This document shows, in pieces, positions 13,974 through 26,648 of a stretch of DNA of 64,000 bases; position 1 is the first letter of the stretch; each line of letters starts with the position of its first letter. The notes under the pieces are model-generated. The model did no database searches, was not told the origin of the DNA, and saw only the letters and a program-made list of their open reading frames with translations. The translations under genes and the position numbers were made by a program. Origin of the DNA: Eledone cirrhosa (taxonomy: Eukaryota); assembly GCA_964016885.1 (NCBI GenBank), contig OZ024742.1, positions 3,658,001 through 3,722,000 on the forward strand. The letters are read 5' to 3'.

Positions 13974-16295
13974 ATGGAAAAACACTACCTGGATATGTCA
14001 CTCAAAAACATACCAACCCAAGGTAGAAAGGAATATTTATTGAGCATGATTCAAAAAACTAATGAATTCATTCGACGTGTCAGGTGGAAAACGCTCCACT
14101 ATGATAGAAGCCGTATGAACTCAACATTAGAAAGTGGTGTAAACAAAAAATTCGGTTTTAGGACTTGTAAAAACCCACCCACCAACCCACTATTAGATGC
14201 ATTTGAGCAGGACCTTATGAACTTAATCCTTAAAATTAAATTCAAAGGACGCAACACCAACAGCAAATTACAGAAAGATATAAAAAAACTACTGGACGAC
14301 CTTAAAAACACCAAAGGAATTGTAGTAAAAGCGGACAAAACATCAAACCTGTACACTATGGATTGCACTACATACAACAACTTCATTCGAAAAGAATTAC
14401 ATAAAAAATATAGAAAAACGAGTGAAGTAACCCTTAAGCACATCAATGATGAGGCATGCGAAATAGTGAAAAATCTCGGAATCGAAGATAGGACAGGACC
14501 ACTCTTACCGGCGGTACCCACTTTCAATCTTAAGGACCACAAGGTAAACTTTGATAATGACCCTAAAATTAAATTAATCTGCCCCTCTAAATCAGATATA
14601 GGAAAAATAAGCAAATATATCTTAGATAGAATCATCCCCCAAATTAAGGTTAAGGTTAACATTAAACTCTGGGGGAAGACCCAAGAAGCAATAAGATGGT
14701 TTAATAGCATTAGCAATAAGAATAAATCTAAGTTTATCCAGTTTGATATCGATGAATATTACTCATCGATATCACCCGAAACTTTGAATAGAGCCATTAA
14801 GTTTGCTAAGGATAACTCCGACCTTACAAACGATGAAATTAAGATTATATTAGAAGCTAGGAAAACTATAGTCAAATTTGAGAACAGTTATTGGGTACGT
14901 AAAGATAGACCCTCTAACTTTGACATAACAATGGGCTCTAACGATTCGGCGGAAATAACTGATATTGTGGGGTTATTTATCGCCTTTAGACTCCAGGAAA
15001 AATTCAGCAATCTCCACGGCGGAATATACCGCGACGATGTTCTCCTCCTAGCTAAAAACCTTAATAACCAAAAACTAGAAAAACAACGCAAAGATATAAG
15101 AAAACTACTACTCGAAATAGGACTAACTATAACATATGAATACAACCTTAAAGTAGTTAACTTCCTGGATGTCACACTCAATTTAAACTCTGGTTTGATT
15201 AAACCGTTTCATAAATTGAATGAAAATCTCAAATACGTAAATGTTGGGTCTAACCACCCCATCTCTATAATTAAATCTATCCCTAAAAATATTTCCCTTA
15301 GAATCTCGGGTCTATCTTCTAACATACAAGTATTTAAGGAACACGCCGAGTACTACGATAACGCCCTTAGTAAAGCAGGCTACCTCAACAAAATAGAGTA
15401 CATAGATGGGAACAATCAAAACACCCAAAATAAATCCCACATAGGTAGATATAATAACACAACACCAAACCACACTTACTACCATAGTATGCACACCAGT
15501 AAACCAACAAACAAAACTAATAGAAAGCGATGCAAAGAGTACTTATGGTATAACCCCGAATACAATAGCTCCATTAGTACGAATTTACCAGTACTCTTCT
15601 TTAAAATAATTAAAAGACATTTTCCCACATCACACAAATACCACAAAATCCTAAACCCTACCACTATAAGACTGTCATACTCTACAGCGTTAAACCTTGA
15701 ACAACACATAAAAAAGATCAATACTAGAAGGTTAAACGAAAACACTAAGAACTTAAGTACAAAGAACCCCAAAAAAACAGTAGACAATACACTACAGAAC
15801 ATAAATAAACCACACCTAAGTTCGTCCGCAATACTACTCCAGAGAAAACCCAACGTACACAACTGTAACTGCACCTATCCTGACAACTGCCCCCTCGGCA
15901 ATAACTGCCTGGAAAAAAATATTATTTATAAGTGTACCATTAAATCCGGAGGCAACGAGTGGTATTACGTGGGATCAACGGCAACATCGTTTAAATCTCG
16001 ATTGTATAGGCATTCTTACTCAATAAAACATCAGAGCCAAAGAAATGTAACAACTTTAGCAGAAAAAGCTTGGACGCTCAGGGATAGCAATCAAAAGTTT
16101 ACCCTAAAATGGGAAAAATTAGCTAAAACCCAGAGCTTTTCCAGGAGCCAAAATTTCTGCAAATTGTGTAATCTTGAGATTTATTACATAATCACACACA
16201 AGAAGAAACTGCTGAATAACAGAATTGAACGAACATTATTCTGCCGTCACAGAACTAAAACCCTTTTTTCCCACTACAAGCAGAATATTACATAA
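13974..16295 (+). CDS. Intact Naiad-type Penelope-like element ORF: RT + C-terminal GIY-YIG endonuclease (773 aa)
   Basis: SLKNIP..RRVRWK N-terminus, KADKT, LKDHK.NF, QFDIDEYYSSI, FDITMGSNDSAE, GIYRDD, FLDVTLNL, WYNP, CNC..CPL..CL..IIYKC..YYVGST..R, CKLC, CRH. Clade assigned from motif recall. Confidence 0.92.
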   Translation: MEKHYLDMSLKNIPTQGRKEYLLSMIQKTNEFIRRVRWKTLHYDRSRMNSTLESGVNKKFGFRTCKNPPTNPLLDAFEQDLMNLILKIKFKGRNTNSKLQKDIKKLLDDLKNTKGIVVKADKTSNLYTMDCTTYNNFIRKELHKKYRKTSEVTLKHINDEACEIVKNLGIEDRTGPLLPAVPTFNLKDHKVNFDNDPKIKLICPSKSDIGKISKYILDRIIPQIKVKVNIKLWGKTQEAIRWFNSISNKNKSKFIQFDIDEYYSSISPETLNRAIKFAKDNSDLTNDEIKIILEARKTIVKFENSYWVRKDRPSNFDITMGSNDSAEITDIVGLFIAFRLQEKFSNLHGGIYRDDVLLLAKNLNNQKLEKQRKDIRKLLLEIGLTITYEYNLKVVNFLDVTLNLNSGLIKPFHKLNENLKYVNVGSNHPISIIKSIPKNISLRISGLSSNIQVFKEHAEYYDNALSKAGYLNKIEYIDGNNQNTQNKSHIGRYNNTTPNHTYYHSMHTSKPTNKTNRKRCKEYLWYNPEYNSSISTNLPVLFFKIIKRHFPTSHKYHKILNPTTIRLSYSTALNLEQHIKKINTRRLNENTKNLSTKNPKKTVDNTLQNINKPHLSSSAILLQRKPNVHNCNCTYPDNCPLGNNCLEKNIIYKCTIKSGGNEWYYVGSTATSFKSRLYRHSYSIKHQSQRNVTTLAEKAWTLRDSNQKFTLKWEKLAKTQSFSRSQNFCKLCNLEIYYIITHKKKLLNNRIERTLFCRHRTKTLFSHYKQNIT

Positions 16296-16564
16296 AAGAG
16301 GGACATCCCCCAACTATATAAACCTTAATCTAGTTAGAAAAATATAAAAACAATCTCTTCTCAACATATATTAATAACCTTAAATTACCATACTAATAAT
16401 GAAAAGATATGCTGATGAGAATAGGTACAAATATGCGATAATGAATGTGTCTAAAAACGTCCATAAGTATGTATATATATGTGAAAATGTATATAAATAA
16501 GTAAATATATATATATGTTTGATGTGTATAGTTAGATGTAAGTGTATTCATGTATTAAAGTGCT

Positions 16565-16597
<33 letters not shown>

Positions 16598-16620
16598 ATA
16601 TGTGTGTATATATGTATGTG

Positions 16621-16657
<37 letters not shown>

Positions 16658-17242
16658 GTATATATGTATATATATATATGTGTATGTATGTATGTGTATA
16701 TGGATGTGTATGTATGTGTATGTGTGTACACATGGACTAGAGTATGTATGTATATATGTGTGTGTCTATACGTGTGTATATATAAAGATAAGTTGAGTAT
16801 GAAAATGTATACACATGAGCGCGTATGTATGTACATGAATACATGTGTGTATATATATGTGTATGCATGTGTATATATATGTAAGTATGAATATGTGAAC
16901 TGTGAGTATATGTATTTTGTAGAGGTGTGCAAATATATTTGTGTGTGAATGCGTGGGTGAAAGAATACGTACACTTGAAAGAAAAATTTAAGTCTGAATG
17001 TTAAGTGCAAACACAAAACCAACCACGCATATCTTTACTATCTCTAATCCTTCTATAGATTTAGAAAAATAACCAATAATATATTCTATAAAAAATGTCA
17101 AAACAACAGATGGGAATCTAATTAATCACTGCCACCAAGAATTCTCACTGCTATCGAAAAACCACTCCTTCAACTATTCTTCTAACAACTTCACCCCTTC
17201 CTCCTAATATTCTCTATAAAAACTAAATAGGTCCTCAGTAAT

Positions 17243-17361
17243 ATTATTCTGATGAAATGACAGTAAACAATAACATTGAAATATTGAATGTCTGCATAAC
17301 TAAAAGTTTGTAGATAGCTGTTTTAGGTTATGTAACTGTTATAGAAACACGTGTCAATAAA
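17243..17361 (+). ncRNA. Hammerhead ribozyme with long branched stem II (Naiad 3' pLTR)
   Basis: UUAUU-CUGAUGA-(A)AUGACAGU..ACUGUUAU(A)-GAAA-CACGUG-UC-AAUAA; palindromic minimal stem III; internal hairpins such as UGCAUAAC/GUUAUGUA. Confidence 0.82.
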
Positions 17362-17535
17362 TTCCTTTCAACTAAACTGTATCCATTCAAATCTTTCTAT
17401 TTTTCTCCGGATTACTTTTGGAACTACAACTGGAACCGTCGAGCAAACTCTACGTGAGCTGATAATCTACTGTGTGTAATATTTATATTACAACACAACG
17501 GAAAAAACTGTATATATATATATATATATATATAT

Positions 17536-17985
17536 ATCAATTTACAAAATATGAGGAAATAATAGACAAAAATATACCTATGTTTTCTTCAAAGTCCCGA
17601 CTGCAGCTTCGCCGATCCGTGTGCAACGATTTCTGCACTTTAAAAGTGCATCATCTCTGTGAGGTTGATACGGCTTATTAAGAGACCCCTCAGAAAAAAA
17701 GGACTGTTTCTTGACGCGTTTATAGCAAGTGAGAAAGTCTCAGAGGCGGAAGGAGAGATTAATACAGGATACAGTGGTCAGAGACTTTCTCACTTGCTAT
17801 AAACACGTCAAGAAACAGTCCTTTTTTCTGAGCAGTCTCTTGATAAGACGTATCAACCTCACAGCGATGATGCACTTTTAAAGTGCAGAAATCGATTGCA
17901 CACGGATCGGCGAAGCTGCAGTCGGGACTTTGAAGAAAACATAGGTATATTTTTGTCTATTATTTCCTCATATTTTGTAAATTGA
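17536..17985. mobile_element. Fold-back PLE terminal fragment (~205-bp inverted arms, ~36-bp spacer)
   Basis: 17536-17742 is the reverse complement of 17779-17985; each arm has an HHR variant; (AT)n flanks. Confidence 0.8.
17835..17928 (+). ncRNA. Hammerhead variant with U3-A8 core (UUGAUAA) and GAAG
   Basis: GUCUC-UUGAUAA-G(A/C)CG..CGGC-GAAG-CUGCAG-UC-GGGAC; the inverted arm (17594-17686) has a perfect GCCG/CGGC stem II but G5A. Confidence 0.65.
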
Positions 17986-18083
<98 letters not shown>

Positions 18084-18120
18084 ATTAAATAAATGGAAAC
18101 TATATTTATAAAACCATATT

Positions 18121-18186
18121 TATTTCATTATATATATTTCAGGGATATCATATTAACAATATGCTATGCCTTCCTCAGACAAAATA
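18121..18186 (-). ncRNA. Hammerhead ribozyme (inverted copy of 22255-22320)
   Basis: CUGAGGA core with GAAA-UAUAUA-UA on the minus strand. Confidence 0.8.
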
Positions 18187-19826
18187 CAATATAAACAGTT
18201 TTATAGATAAATAGATTCGACATACCGTAACAACATCGACTTGTATTTGAAAAGGTTGATTTGGCAGTGAAAAAATTGTACACAGAGAGAAAGAAAGAGA
18301 GAAAAAAAGGAAAGAAAGACAGAAAACGAAGAAAAAGAAGAAAAAGAAGAAATGCACGGAACAAAATAGAGAGATGGAAAGATAGATAAAGAGAAGAACT
18401 TCATGTAAAGAAACAGAAAGAGATATATATATATAGAGAGAGAGAGGAAATAGAGATAGATACATATATATAGAAAACTAGGTAGTGGGACGTCTGTTGA
18501 GTAAACGTATCAATGATACATTTATTTATTTATTTATTTAGCTCTAGTATTAATGTAAGGGAGATATATGGAGAGAAACCAGCTGTTATATAGAGAGAGA
18601 AAAAATATAGAGAGAGAAAAAATATAGAGAGAGAAAAAATTTAAAAATAACCAGACATAGGCGAGGCGTAAAAAACCCTATGTTTTAATGTAGAGGTATT
18701 AGTATTTACAAAAACCAGCCACTATATTGTAAATATCAGTATTCCTGAATGAGACATGTATCCATAATGTGTGAAAATTAATGATCTTATGTTTAGTTTA
18801 AAAAAAAAAAATGCATATGTTTATGTGATAACTACAAACATCTATGTGAATCTACATGATCAACTCTGCAAACCCTAAGCTCACGGAAATCATTCTCAAT
18901 GTGGTATAAAAATTTAAGTATACATATACATACAAATATATATAGAGTCAATATTACTATTCCTGTCTTTACTCTACAAGATTATCTATCAAGCAGAAAT
19001 AGAGAGCAGATTTCAATATACTAATAAAAATATATATCAGAAACAAAACTAAAAAATAACAATAATAATAATAAGTAATAATAAACTAGAAAACTAAAAA
19101 ATATTACGAAAGAATATTACATATTAAAAATATTACATATTAAAAAATTAACATATTAAAAATATTAAAAATATTAAAAATATTAAAAATAAAAATATTA
19201 GAAAATACTACAATAATAAAAATAAAAATAAACCACAAAGATCAACCCTTCAAAATTAATTGACAATATATTGCCAAGTTCATTATAAGCATCAGAGTCG
19301 AAAAACAGATAAAGCCAAAAATTATCTATCAAATCGCATCTAGCAAAGATCATTTCAAAAAGTTTAGGATGCCCAATTTGGTCTACATGTGTTCTTATAT
19401 TTAATATAGAAGTTTATCTAGTGTAACGTTTATTCGAAATATTTGGAGCATCAACTTTTAGGGTAGCTTAATTTTTCATGAAGAATGTTTAAATAAAAAT
19501 AAAATAAAATAAAAAGAATAAAAAGAAGGAATCAAAGATTTATCGGCTAGTTTCTCATATAATTATAAATCAAACTAAATATACTACATTTTAAATTTAA
19601 ATTTATATTTAAACGTTGAGTTTAATCTATGTTTGCAACAACTGAATAAATTTGTCCGTAGATTAAGGGAATTTTTAGATTTTAGTATAAAGAATATCTC
19701 CTCTGCGCAGAGGTCACATGTCTCAGAGGATGAATTAAAAGGAATCCCTCTTGAGACTATATTCCAAGCCGTCGAATATCTAACGTTATCTAGCTTAAGT
19801 TGCCAGAGTACGCCTGATAGTGCCGT

Positions 19827-20842
19827 TAAATCTCAACATATGTCTTCACTATCCTTTTCACAAGTTGAATGAAAACTTAAACTATGTCAACTTTAACTCT
19901 AACCACCCCAGATCTGTCAAAAACACTATAGTAAACTCTGTTCAAAAACGTATCTCTAGGATCTCGTCGAATAGAAAGATTTTCGACGAAAAAGCCCAAT
20001 ACTACAATGAAGCATTAGCTAGAGCAGGATATGCTGATAAGATTGTGTACATAGATAATGATAGACAAACTAAACAAAGTAACAACTTTTTTAATTACGG
20101 CAACAACCTTAACAACTATAATAGAAAGCATTACAATAATTCCAAAGGCCAAAAAAGAAAGAGAACTAGGAACATCATTTGGTTTGCCCCCCCCCCTTTC
20201 TCACTAAACATTAAAACCCACAACGCTAAACTATTTTTTAAAGCTCTTGATAATCGCTTCCCTAGAACACATAGGTATCACTCAATTTTCAATAGACATA
20301 CAATAAAATTAACCTACTCATCCACCAAAAATTTAGCACAAAATATTAATAGAATAAATAATAGGAACTTAAAACCTAGTGATAATAGCATAAATAATAT
20401 ACAAGTTAACAAATGTAACTGTAGAGATAGATCTAAATGTCCGTTAAATAACAACTGCTTAGTTAAAAATATAGTATACAATTGTAATGTTAATACTGAC
20501 TCTAATTCTTTTAACTACGTCGGTTCCACATCGACGGAATTTAAACTTCGCTATAATAACCACAAGAATTCTTTCACAGATCCAAGCAAAAAATCTTCAA
20601 CGGCACTATCAGGCGTACTCTGGCAACTTAAGCTAGATAACGTTAGATATTCGACGGCTTGGAATATAGTCTCAAGAGGGATTCCTTTTAATTCATCCTC
20701 TGAGACATGTGACCTCTGCGCAGAGGAGATATTCTTTATACTAAAATCTAAAAATTCCCTTAATCTACGGACAAATTTATTCAGTTGTTGCAAACATAGA
20801 TTAAACTCAACGTTTAAATATAAATTTAAATTTAAAATGTAG
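19827..20842 (+). pseudogene. Naiad RT thumb + GIY-YIG fragment
   Basis: PFHKLNENLNYVN..SNHP, IIWFAPPPFS, CNC..CPL..CL..IVYNC..YVGST..FK.R..H, CDLC, CKH; homologous to ORF 13974 but diverged. Confidence 0.9.
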
Positions 20843-22254
20843 TATATTTAGTTTGATTTATAATTATATGAGAAACTAGCCGATAAATCTTTGATTCCTT
20901 CTTTTTATTCTTTTTATTTTATTTTATTTTTATTTAAACATTCTTCATGAAAAATTAAGCTACCCTAAAAGTTGATGCTCCAAATATTTCGAATAAACGT
21001 TACACTAGATAAACTTCTATATTAAATATAAGAACACATGTAGACCAAATTGGGCATCCTAAACTTTTTGAAATGATCTTTGCTAGATGCGATTTGATAG
21101 ATAATTTTTGGCTTTATCTGTTTTTCGACTCTGATGCTTATAATGAACTTGGCAATATATTGTCAATTAATTTTGAAGGGTTGATCTTTGTGGTTTATTT
21201 TTATTTTTATTATTGTAGTATTTTCTAATATTTTTATTTTTAATATTTTTAATATTTTTAATATTTTTAATATTTTTAATATTTTTAATATGTAAATTTT
21301 TTAATATGTAATATTTTTAATATGTTATATTCTTTCGTAATATTTTTTAGTTTTCTAGTTTATTATTACTTATTATTATTATTGTTATTTTTTAGTTTTG
21401 TTTCTGATATATATTTTTATTAGTATATTGAAATCTGCTCTCTATTTCTGCTTGATAGATAATCTTGTAGAGTAAAGACAGGAATAGTAATATTGACTCT
21501 ATATATATTTGTATGTATATGTATACTTAAATTTTTATACCACATTGAGAATGTTTTCCGTGAGCTTAGGGTTTGCAGAGTTGATCATGTAGATTCACAT
21601 AGATGTTTGTAGTTATCACATAAACATATGAATTTTTTTTTTTTAGAACTAAACATAAGATCATTAATTTTCACACATTATGGATACATGTCTCATTCAG
21701 GAATACTGATATTTACAATATAGTGGCTGGTTTTTGTAAATACTAATACCTCTACATTAAAACATAGGGTTTTTTACGCCTGGCCTATGTCTGGTTATTT
21801 TTAAATTTTTTCTCTCTCTATATTTTTTCTCTCTCTATATAACAGCTGGTTTCTCTCCATATATCTCCCTTACATTAATACTAGAGCTAAATAAATAAAT
21901 AAATAAATAAATGTATCATTGATACGTTTACTCAACAGACGTCCCACTACCTAGTTTTCTATATATATGTATCTATCTCTATTTCCTCTCTCTCTATATA
22001 TATATATATCTCTTTCTGTTTCTTTACATGAAGTTCTTCTCTTTATCTATCTTTCCATCTCTCTATTTTGTTCCATGCATTTCTTCTTTTTCTTCTTTTT
22101 CTTCTTTTTCTTCGTTTTCTGTCTTTCTTTCCTTTTTTTCTCTCTTTCTTTCTCTCTGTGTACAATTTTTTCACTGCCAAATCAACCTTTTCAAATACAA
22201 GTCGATGTTGTTACGGTATGTCGAATCTATTTATCTATAAAACTGTTTATATTG

Positions 22255-22320
22255 TATTTTGTCTGAGGAAGGCATAGCATATTGTTAATATGATATCCCT
22301 GAAATATATATAATGAAATA
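22255..22320 (+). ncRNA. Type I hammerhead ribozyme
   Basis: UAUUUUGU-CUGAGGA-AGG..CAUAUU/AAUAUG..CCU-GAAA-UAUAUA-UA-AUGAAAUA. Confidence 0.82.
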
Positions 22321-22447
22321 AATATGGTTTTATAAATATAGTTTCCATTTATTTAATATTGTAAATATACTCCAAATATTTGTCGAGTGCTTTTATATCA
22401 GTTATAAATATTTACTAGTTGTAACCCAACAATTTAAATATAACTTT

Positions 22448-22512
<65 letters not shown>

Positions 22513-23109
22513 ATGTACTTTTAACATTTTTACGTAAATTTATGGTACATATATTTGTAAGTTCTTTATCCAGCAAATTTCTTTTTAGAACATTTTCTTT
22601 TAAATATTTATATGAGTTTTTCAAAAATAGAAAATGAAGTAATTAATTTACAGTTTTTAAGATGTTTTCATGAGACATTTACGTATGTCTTTATACCGAT
22701 CATGAAAGTAATATAAAATAAATACTTATGCTTTCTATTACTCGTCGGAGGACATTAAACTGAATGTAAAGATGACTTACGACTGTGTTGTAAAATAAGG
22801 AATGGCTTCATGCAAATAATTATCATCACCTTTCTATTGCAGCAATCTGGATTTTATCATATTATATATCTATAAAATAAATAACTTTACAAACCAAAAT
22901 CGACTGATCGATCGATTCGCCTATAATGCAGCTCAATTTTATGTATTCATTAATGCATATAAACAAATTTAATATTTGTATAATTCAAATTAAATAAAGT
23001 CTAAAGCTTCCTTAAACAATCATTCACACAACTGTCCGGTTATTTATCACTCTGTCTGTCTGTCTATATCTATTTCTACACCTCCCATATATACATTATC
23101 CCCACACAC

Positions 23110-23171
<62 letters not shown>

Positions 23172-23237
23172 CGGAGAGAGATAGAGAGAGATGCGCATGC
23201 ACATACGCAGACAGACATACACACAAATCTCTCTTTA

Positions 23238-23292
<55 letters not shown>

Positions 23293-23296
<4 letters not shown>

Positions 23297-23742
23297 GATA
23301 TTAAACAAATGGAAACTAAATTTATAAAACCATATTTATTTCATTATACATATTTCAGGGATACCATATTAAAAATATGGCATGCCTTCGTCAGATAAAA
23401 TACAATATATAAGCAGTTTTATAAATAATTTTGACGTACCATAATATAAGCGACCATTAAATTAGGAGGCTGCCTTAAAAGCCTCCTAATTTAATGGTCG
23501 CTTATATTATGGTACGTCAAAATTATTTATAAAACTGCTTATATATTGTATTTTATCTGACGAAGGCATGCCATATTTTTTATATGGTATCCCTGAAATA
23601 TGTATAATGAAATAAATATGGTTTTATAAATTTAGTTTCCATTTGTTTAATATCGTATATCTACTCCAAAAACTTGTCGAGTGCTTTATATCAGTTATAA
23701 AATATTTACTTGTTGTAACCCAACAATTTTAAATAAAACTTT

Positions 23743-23746
<4 letters not shown>
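23293..23746. mobile_element. Fold-back terminal fragment of the same Naiad family, with two HHRs (23337-23402 -, 23549-23614 +)
   Basis: Near-perfect ~178-bp palindrome centred at ~23475; CUGACGA..GAAA-UAUGUA-UA in each arm. Confidence 0.85.
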
Positions 23747-23818
<72 letters not shown>

Positions 23819-24293
23819 ACACTTTAGCAATTACAGAAATTGGTGTTTAAAGTTAATCATGTAGTTGAAGTTCCATATTTATAACCAACAATTACACAAC
23901 TCAAAGACCAAATGTCCAGACGATGTTTCGCCATGAATATTAACAACCACGCAGAAGGAAGTAAAACGACTTCAGACAAAGATGGCTGCTAATAACAAAA
24001 TAAAGTCGTCATTCAATATTATGTTTAGTAATGACACCCATGAAGAACTCTTCGTCTATATGTGTTTGTGAGTGTGTATGTGTATGTGAGTGTGTATGTG
24101 TGTGTGAGTGTGTATTTGTATGTGGGTGTGTGTGTGTGAGTGTGTATATGTATGTTTGCATATGTTTTAAATTTATAATGTACACACACACACACACACA
24201 CACATACACACATATGTATATGTATATGTAAATACGTGTATATATCTATATATATGTATATATGTATATATGTGTGTGTGTGTATATATATAC

Positions 24294-24327
<34 letters not shown>

Positions 24328-24329
<2 letters not shown>

Positions 24330-24781
24330 AAGGGCAAAGGTGCTCTTAAGATTCAATGGCCATCCAAAATCACCGGGAGAGATGACCCCTTAGCCTCTGT
24401 CAAAGCAGAATTCTAGGAGAAGGAAAACTCTGATATAACACCTGAAACCCTGATGGTATCCAATGATGTTGACTTGTTCTTCTTTTTGGTAAATATCATC
24501 TTGGATAAGAGAGTGGGACTGGTTTTGTGCAGTGCCTTTGATCACTATAAAAGCTTCACGGCACAGGCATTGCTTTATATCTGGAGATCTCTCTGCACTT
24601 GTCGTCACATGGTACCATGGGCCCAGCACTATGTGTCAATAATTGTCACAAGTGTAGTGTTTGTACCAGAGGTTTCAAGTCGCTGGCTGGACTAAAAAGT
24701 CACACTCGTTCAGCGCATCAGTAGAGGTTCTCCTACATGGATATAAAGTAGTGGCCGTACTAGTAAACGAGTTGGCAGCCA

Positions 24782-24783
<2 letters not shown>
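24328..24783 (+). mobile_element. Non-autonomous bipartite RTE-derived element (RTE-like 5' UTR motif + C2H2-encoding 3' end)
   Basis: CTAGGAGAAGGAAAACTCTGA motif typical of RTE 5' regions; 3' part reads HKCSVCTRGFKSLAGLKSHTRSAHQ*; further copies at 61747-62525. Confidence 0.65.
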
Positions 24784-24816
<33 letters not shown>

Positions 24817-24900
24817 GTCGAGTGCTTCTAATCTATTGTAAATTCGTATTCGTTGAATAATCAACGAACCATATAAATATTTGGTTATATATATATATAT

Positions 24901-25161
24901 CACCCTGATCAACCTGACCGACCAGTCTGTCGGGCACCAATCGGTGCGGCTGGTCACAGCACGTCGTGCTGTTTTAGCCATAAGATAACGCCATCCCACT
25001 GGCTGGGCGGTCAGGCTGGTACTCATTTCTACAGCTGAGTAAACTGGAGCAATGTGAAATAAAGTGTCTTGCTCAAGGAAACAACACATCACTCGGTCCG
25101 AGAATTGAACTCACAACCTTTCGATTGCAAGCCCAATGCTCTAACCACTAAGCCATGCGCC

Positions 25162-25164
<3 letters not shown>
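24901..25164 (-). mobile_element. tRNA-derived SINE with CORE/Meta-like central domain
   Basis: Minus strand: A box TGGCTTAGTGG, B box GAGTTCAATTC, then CCTTGAGCAAGACACTTTA...CAGCTGTAGAAATGAGTACC. Confidence 0.85.
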
Positions 25165-25222
<58 letters not shown>

Positions 25223-25242
25223 GCGTGTATATATATATATGC

Positions 25243-25298
<56 letters not shown>

Positions 25299-26648
25299 AT
25301 ATATGTTTATATGTGAATATACATGCTTATATAGATCTTTATAAATATATATATATGGATGTGTATGCGTGTATATTGATGTATGAGGGTTAGAGAGGGG
25401 GAAGAGGGTGAAAGAAATGTGGGTTTTTTTCAACCCACATTTATTACCAACAAGAAATTCTTTAACAGATGATGACATATTGAAACAATGCCGCATATTT
25501 ATTCCAAATGTGATATCAATTCTCTTAATTTCACATTTTTTCATATAATCTGCTTTCATTATTTTTTGTCTTTCTTTCCACTAAAGGAGCAGGATTCGTG
25601 AATGAGAAATCTAAATATTTGTTCATTATATTTAATATCTTTATTGCCTTCATTACAGCATTGAAAATACACAGTTGGGTTTCTTTCACTTCTTTGGAAA
25701 CTGATGCTACATAAAAAACAAACAAAAAGAAATCACACATACATACACATACATACACATACATACACATACACAAACATACATACACATGCATATACAT
25801 ACATACACATACATACACATACATACATACAGATGCACATAGTTTAATCAGACAATACGTGGTAGAAAGAATGTTCTCACCTCCAGAAAAGAGTGAAGTC
25901 TGGACGGTGAAATGAACAAAAGAATAAACGTGCTGAATTTTTTGGAAGGATTAAACATTAGTAAAGAATGTGAATACAATGGTTTCTGTTCTTATACGTA
26001 TTTTATTGTGTTGTATTAATTTATTCTAACTTTACCATTGACTCCAGCATTTCAAAAACAAGTCACGTCACGAAAAGAAGAAGAAACAATGAAAAAAATG
26101 TTTTTTTATGAATATTTAGCATGATCTAGATGAAATATCTTTTTAAATGGAAACGACATTACATGATTCTTTAAATTATTGTGTGGTTGTTTCCGTTGGC
26201 TAGTAATCATAGAGATCAAATCGAAGGTTAGGGGTAGAATAACACTACATTTCTCAGGTCGACATTGCCATCTACCCGACTAAGTCGGTATTGGGATGTT
26301 ATAAGTATTCATGTAAGTCATCTTGGAACATCAAAGCCAGTCGTCACGATTTGAACCGAGATAATAAACAGATGAAACTGAAAAAATATATTTGTCTAAG
26401 AAACAATGGACGATATTTCTACGAAATCATTTGAAATAACATTTCTCACCCTACCAAAACAAAACGAAAAGTTTTGTGATCGTTAATACCTGATAATAGT
26501 AAAGGGCCAGTGTCAAACGGGGAAACATTACTACCTGGGTGTACTAAAGTGCCAATGCCAAAAGGGGGAGCAGTGTTAACTGGATATAGTAAAGGTCCAA
26601 CACCATTGTTAACTGGGGGGGGGGGGGCCTAAAGTACCAGTGCCAAAC

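Larger units (their letters stand above)
7553..17513 (+). mobile_element. Young Naiad-type PLE compound insertion: inverted truncated copy (7553-10735, -), short template-switch pieces, truncated copy (10803-13808, +), full 3591-bp unit (13809-17399, +) and 114-bp tail
   Basis: Copies are nearly identical; direct repeat offset is 3591 bp; (AT)n on both flanks; one HHR per copy. Confidence 0.95.
18080..22450 (+). mobile_element. Second Naiad-type PLE, 5'-truncated with inversion (18080-19826 inverted; 19827-22450 forward) and a ~1.6-kb 3' UTR
   Basis: ~1.75-kb inverted repeat, partial ORF, an HHR in each arm, (AT)n flanks. Confidence 0.9.

Noticed and set aside
17249-17292. Shorter alternative HHR fold using the first GAAA (AAUG/CAUU stem II)
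   Set aside because: No stem I forms after that GUC, whereas the distal GAAA-CACGUG-UC-AAUAA gives a proper stem I.
13974-17399. Selenoprotein Naiad (in-frame UGA plus SECIS)
   Set aside because: The ORF has no internal TGA, the endonuclease-region Cys positions are ordinary Cys codons, and I saw no convincing SECIS.
25095-25162. tRNA gene
   Set aside because: A and B boxes are present but the sequence continues into a SINE body and lacks a proper acceptor stem.
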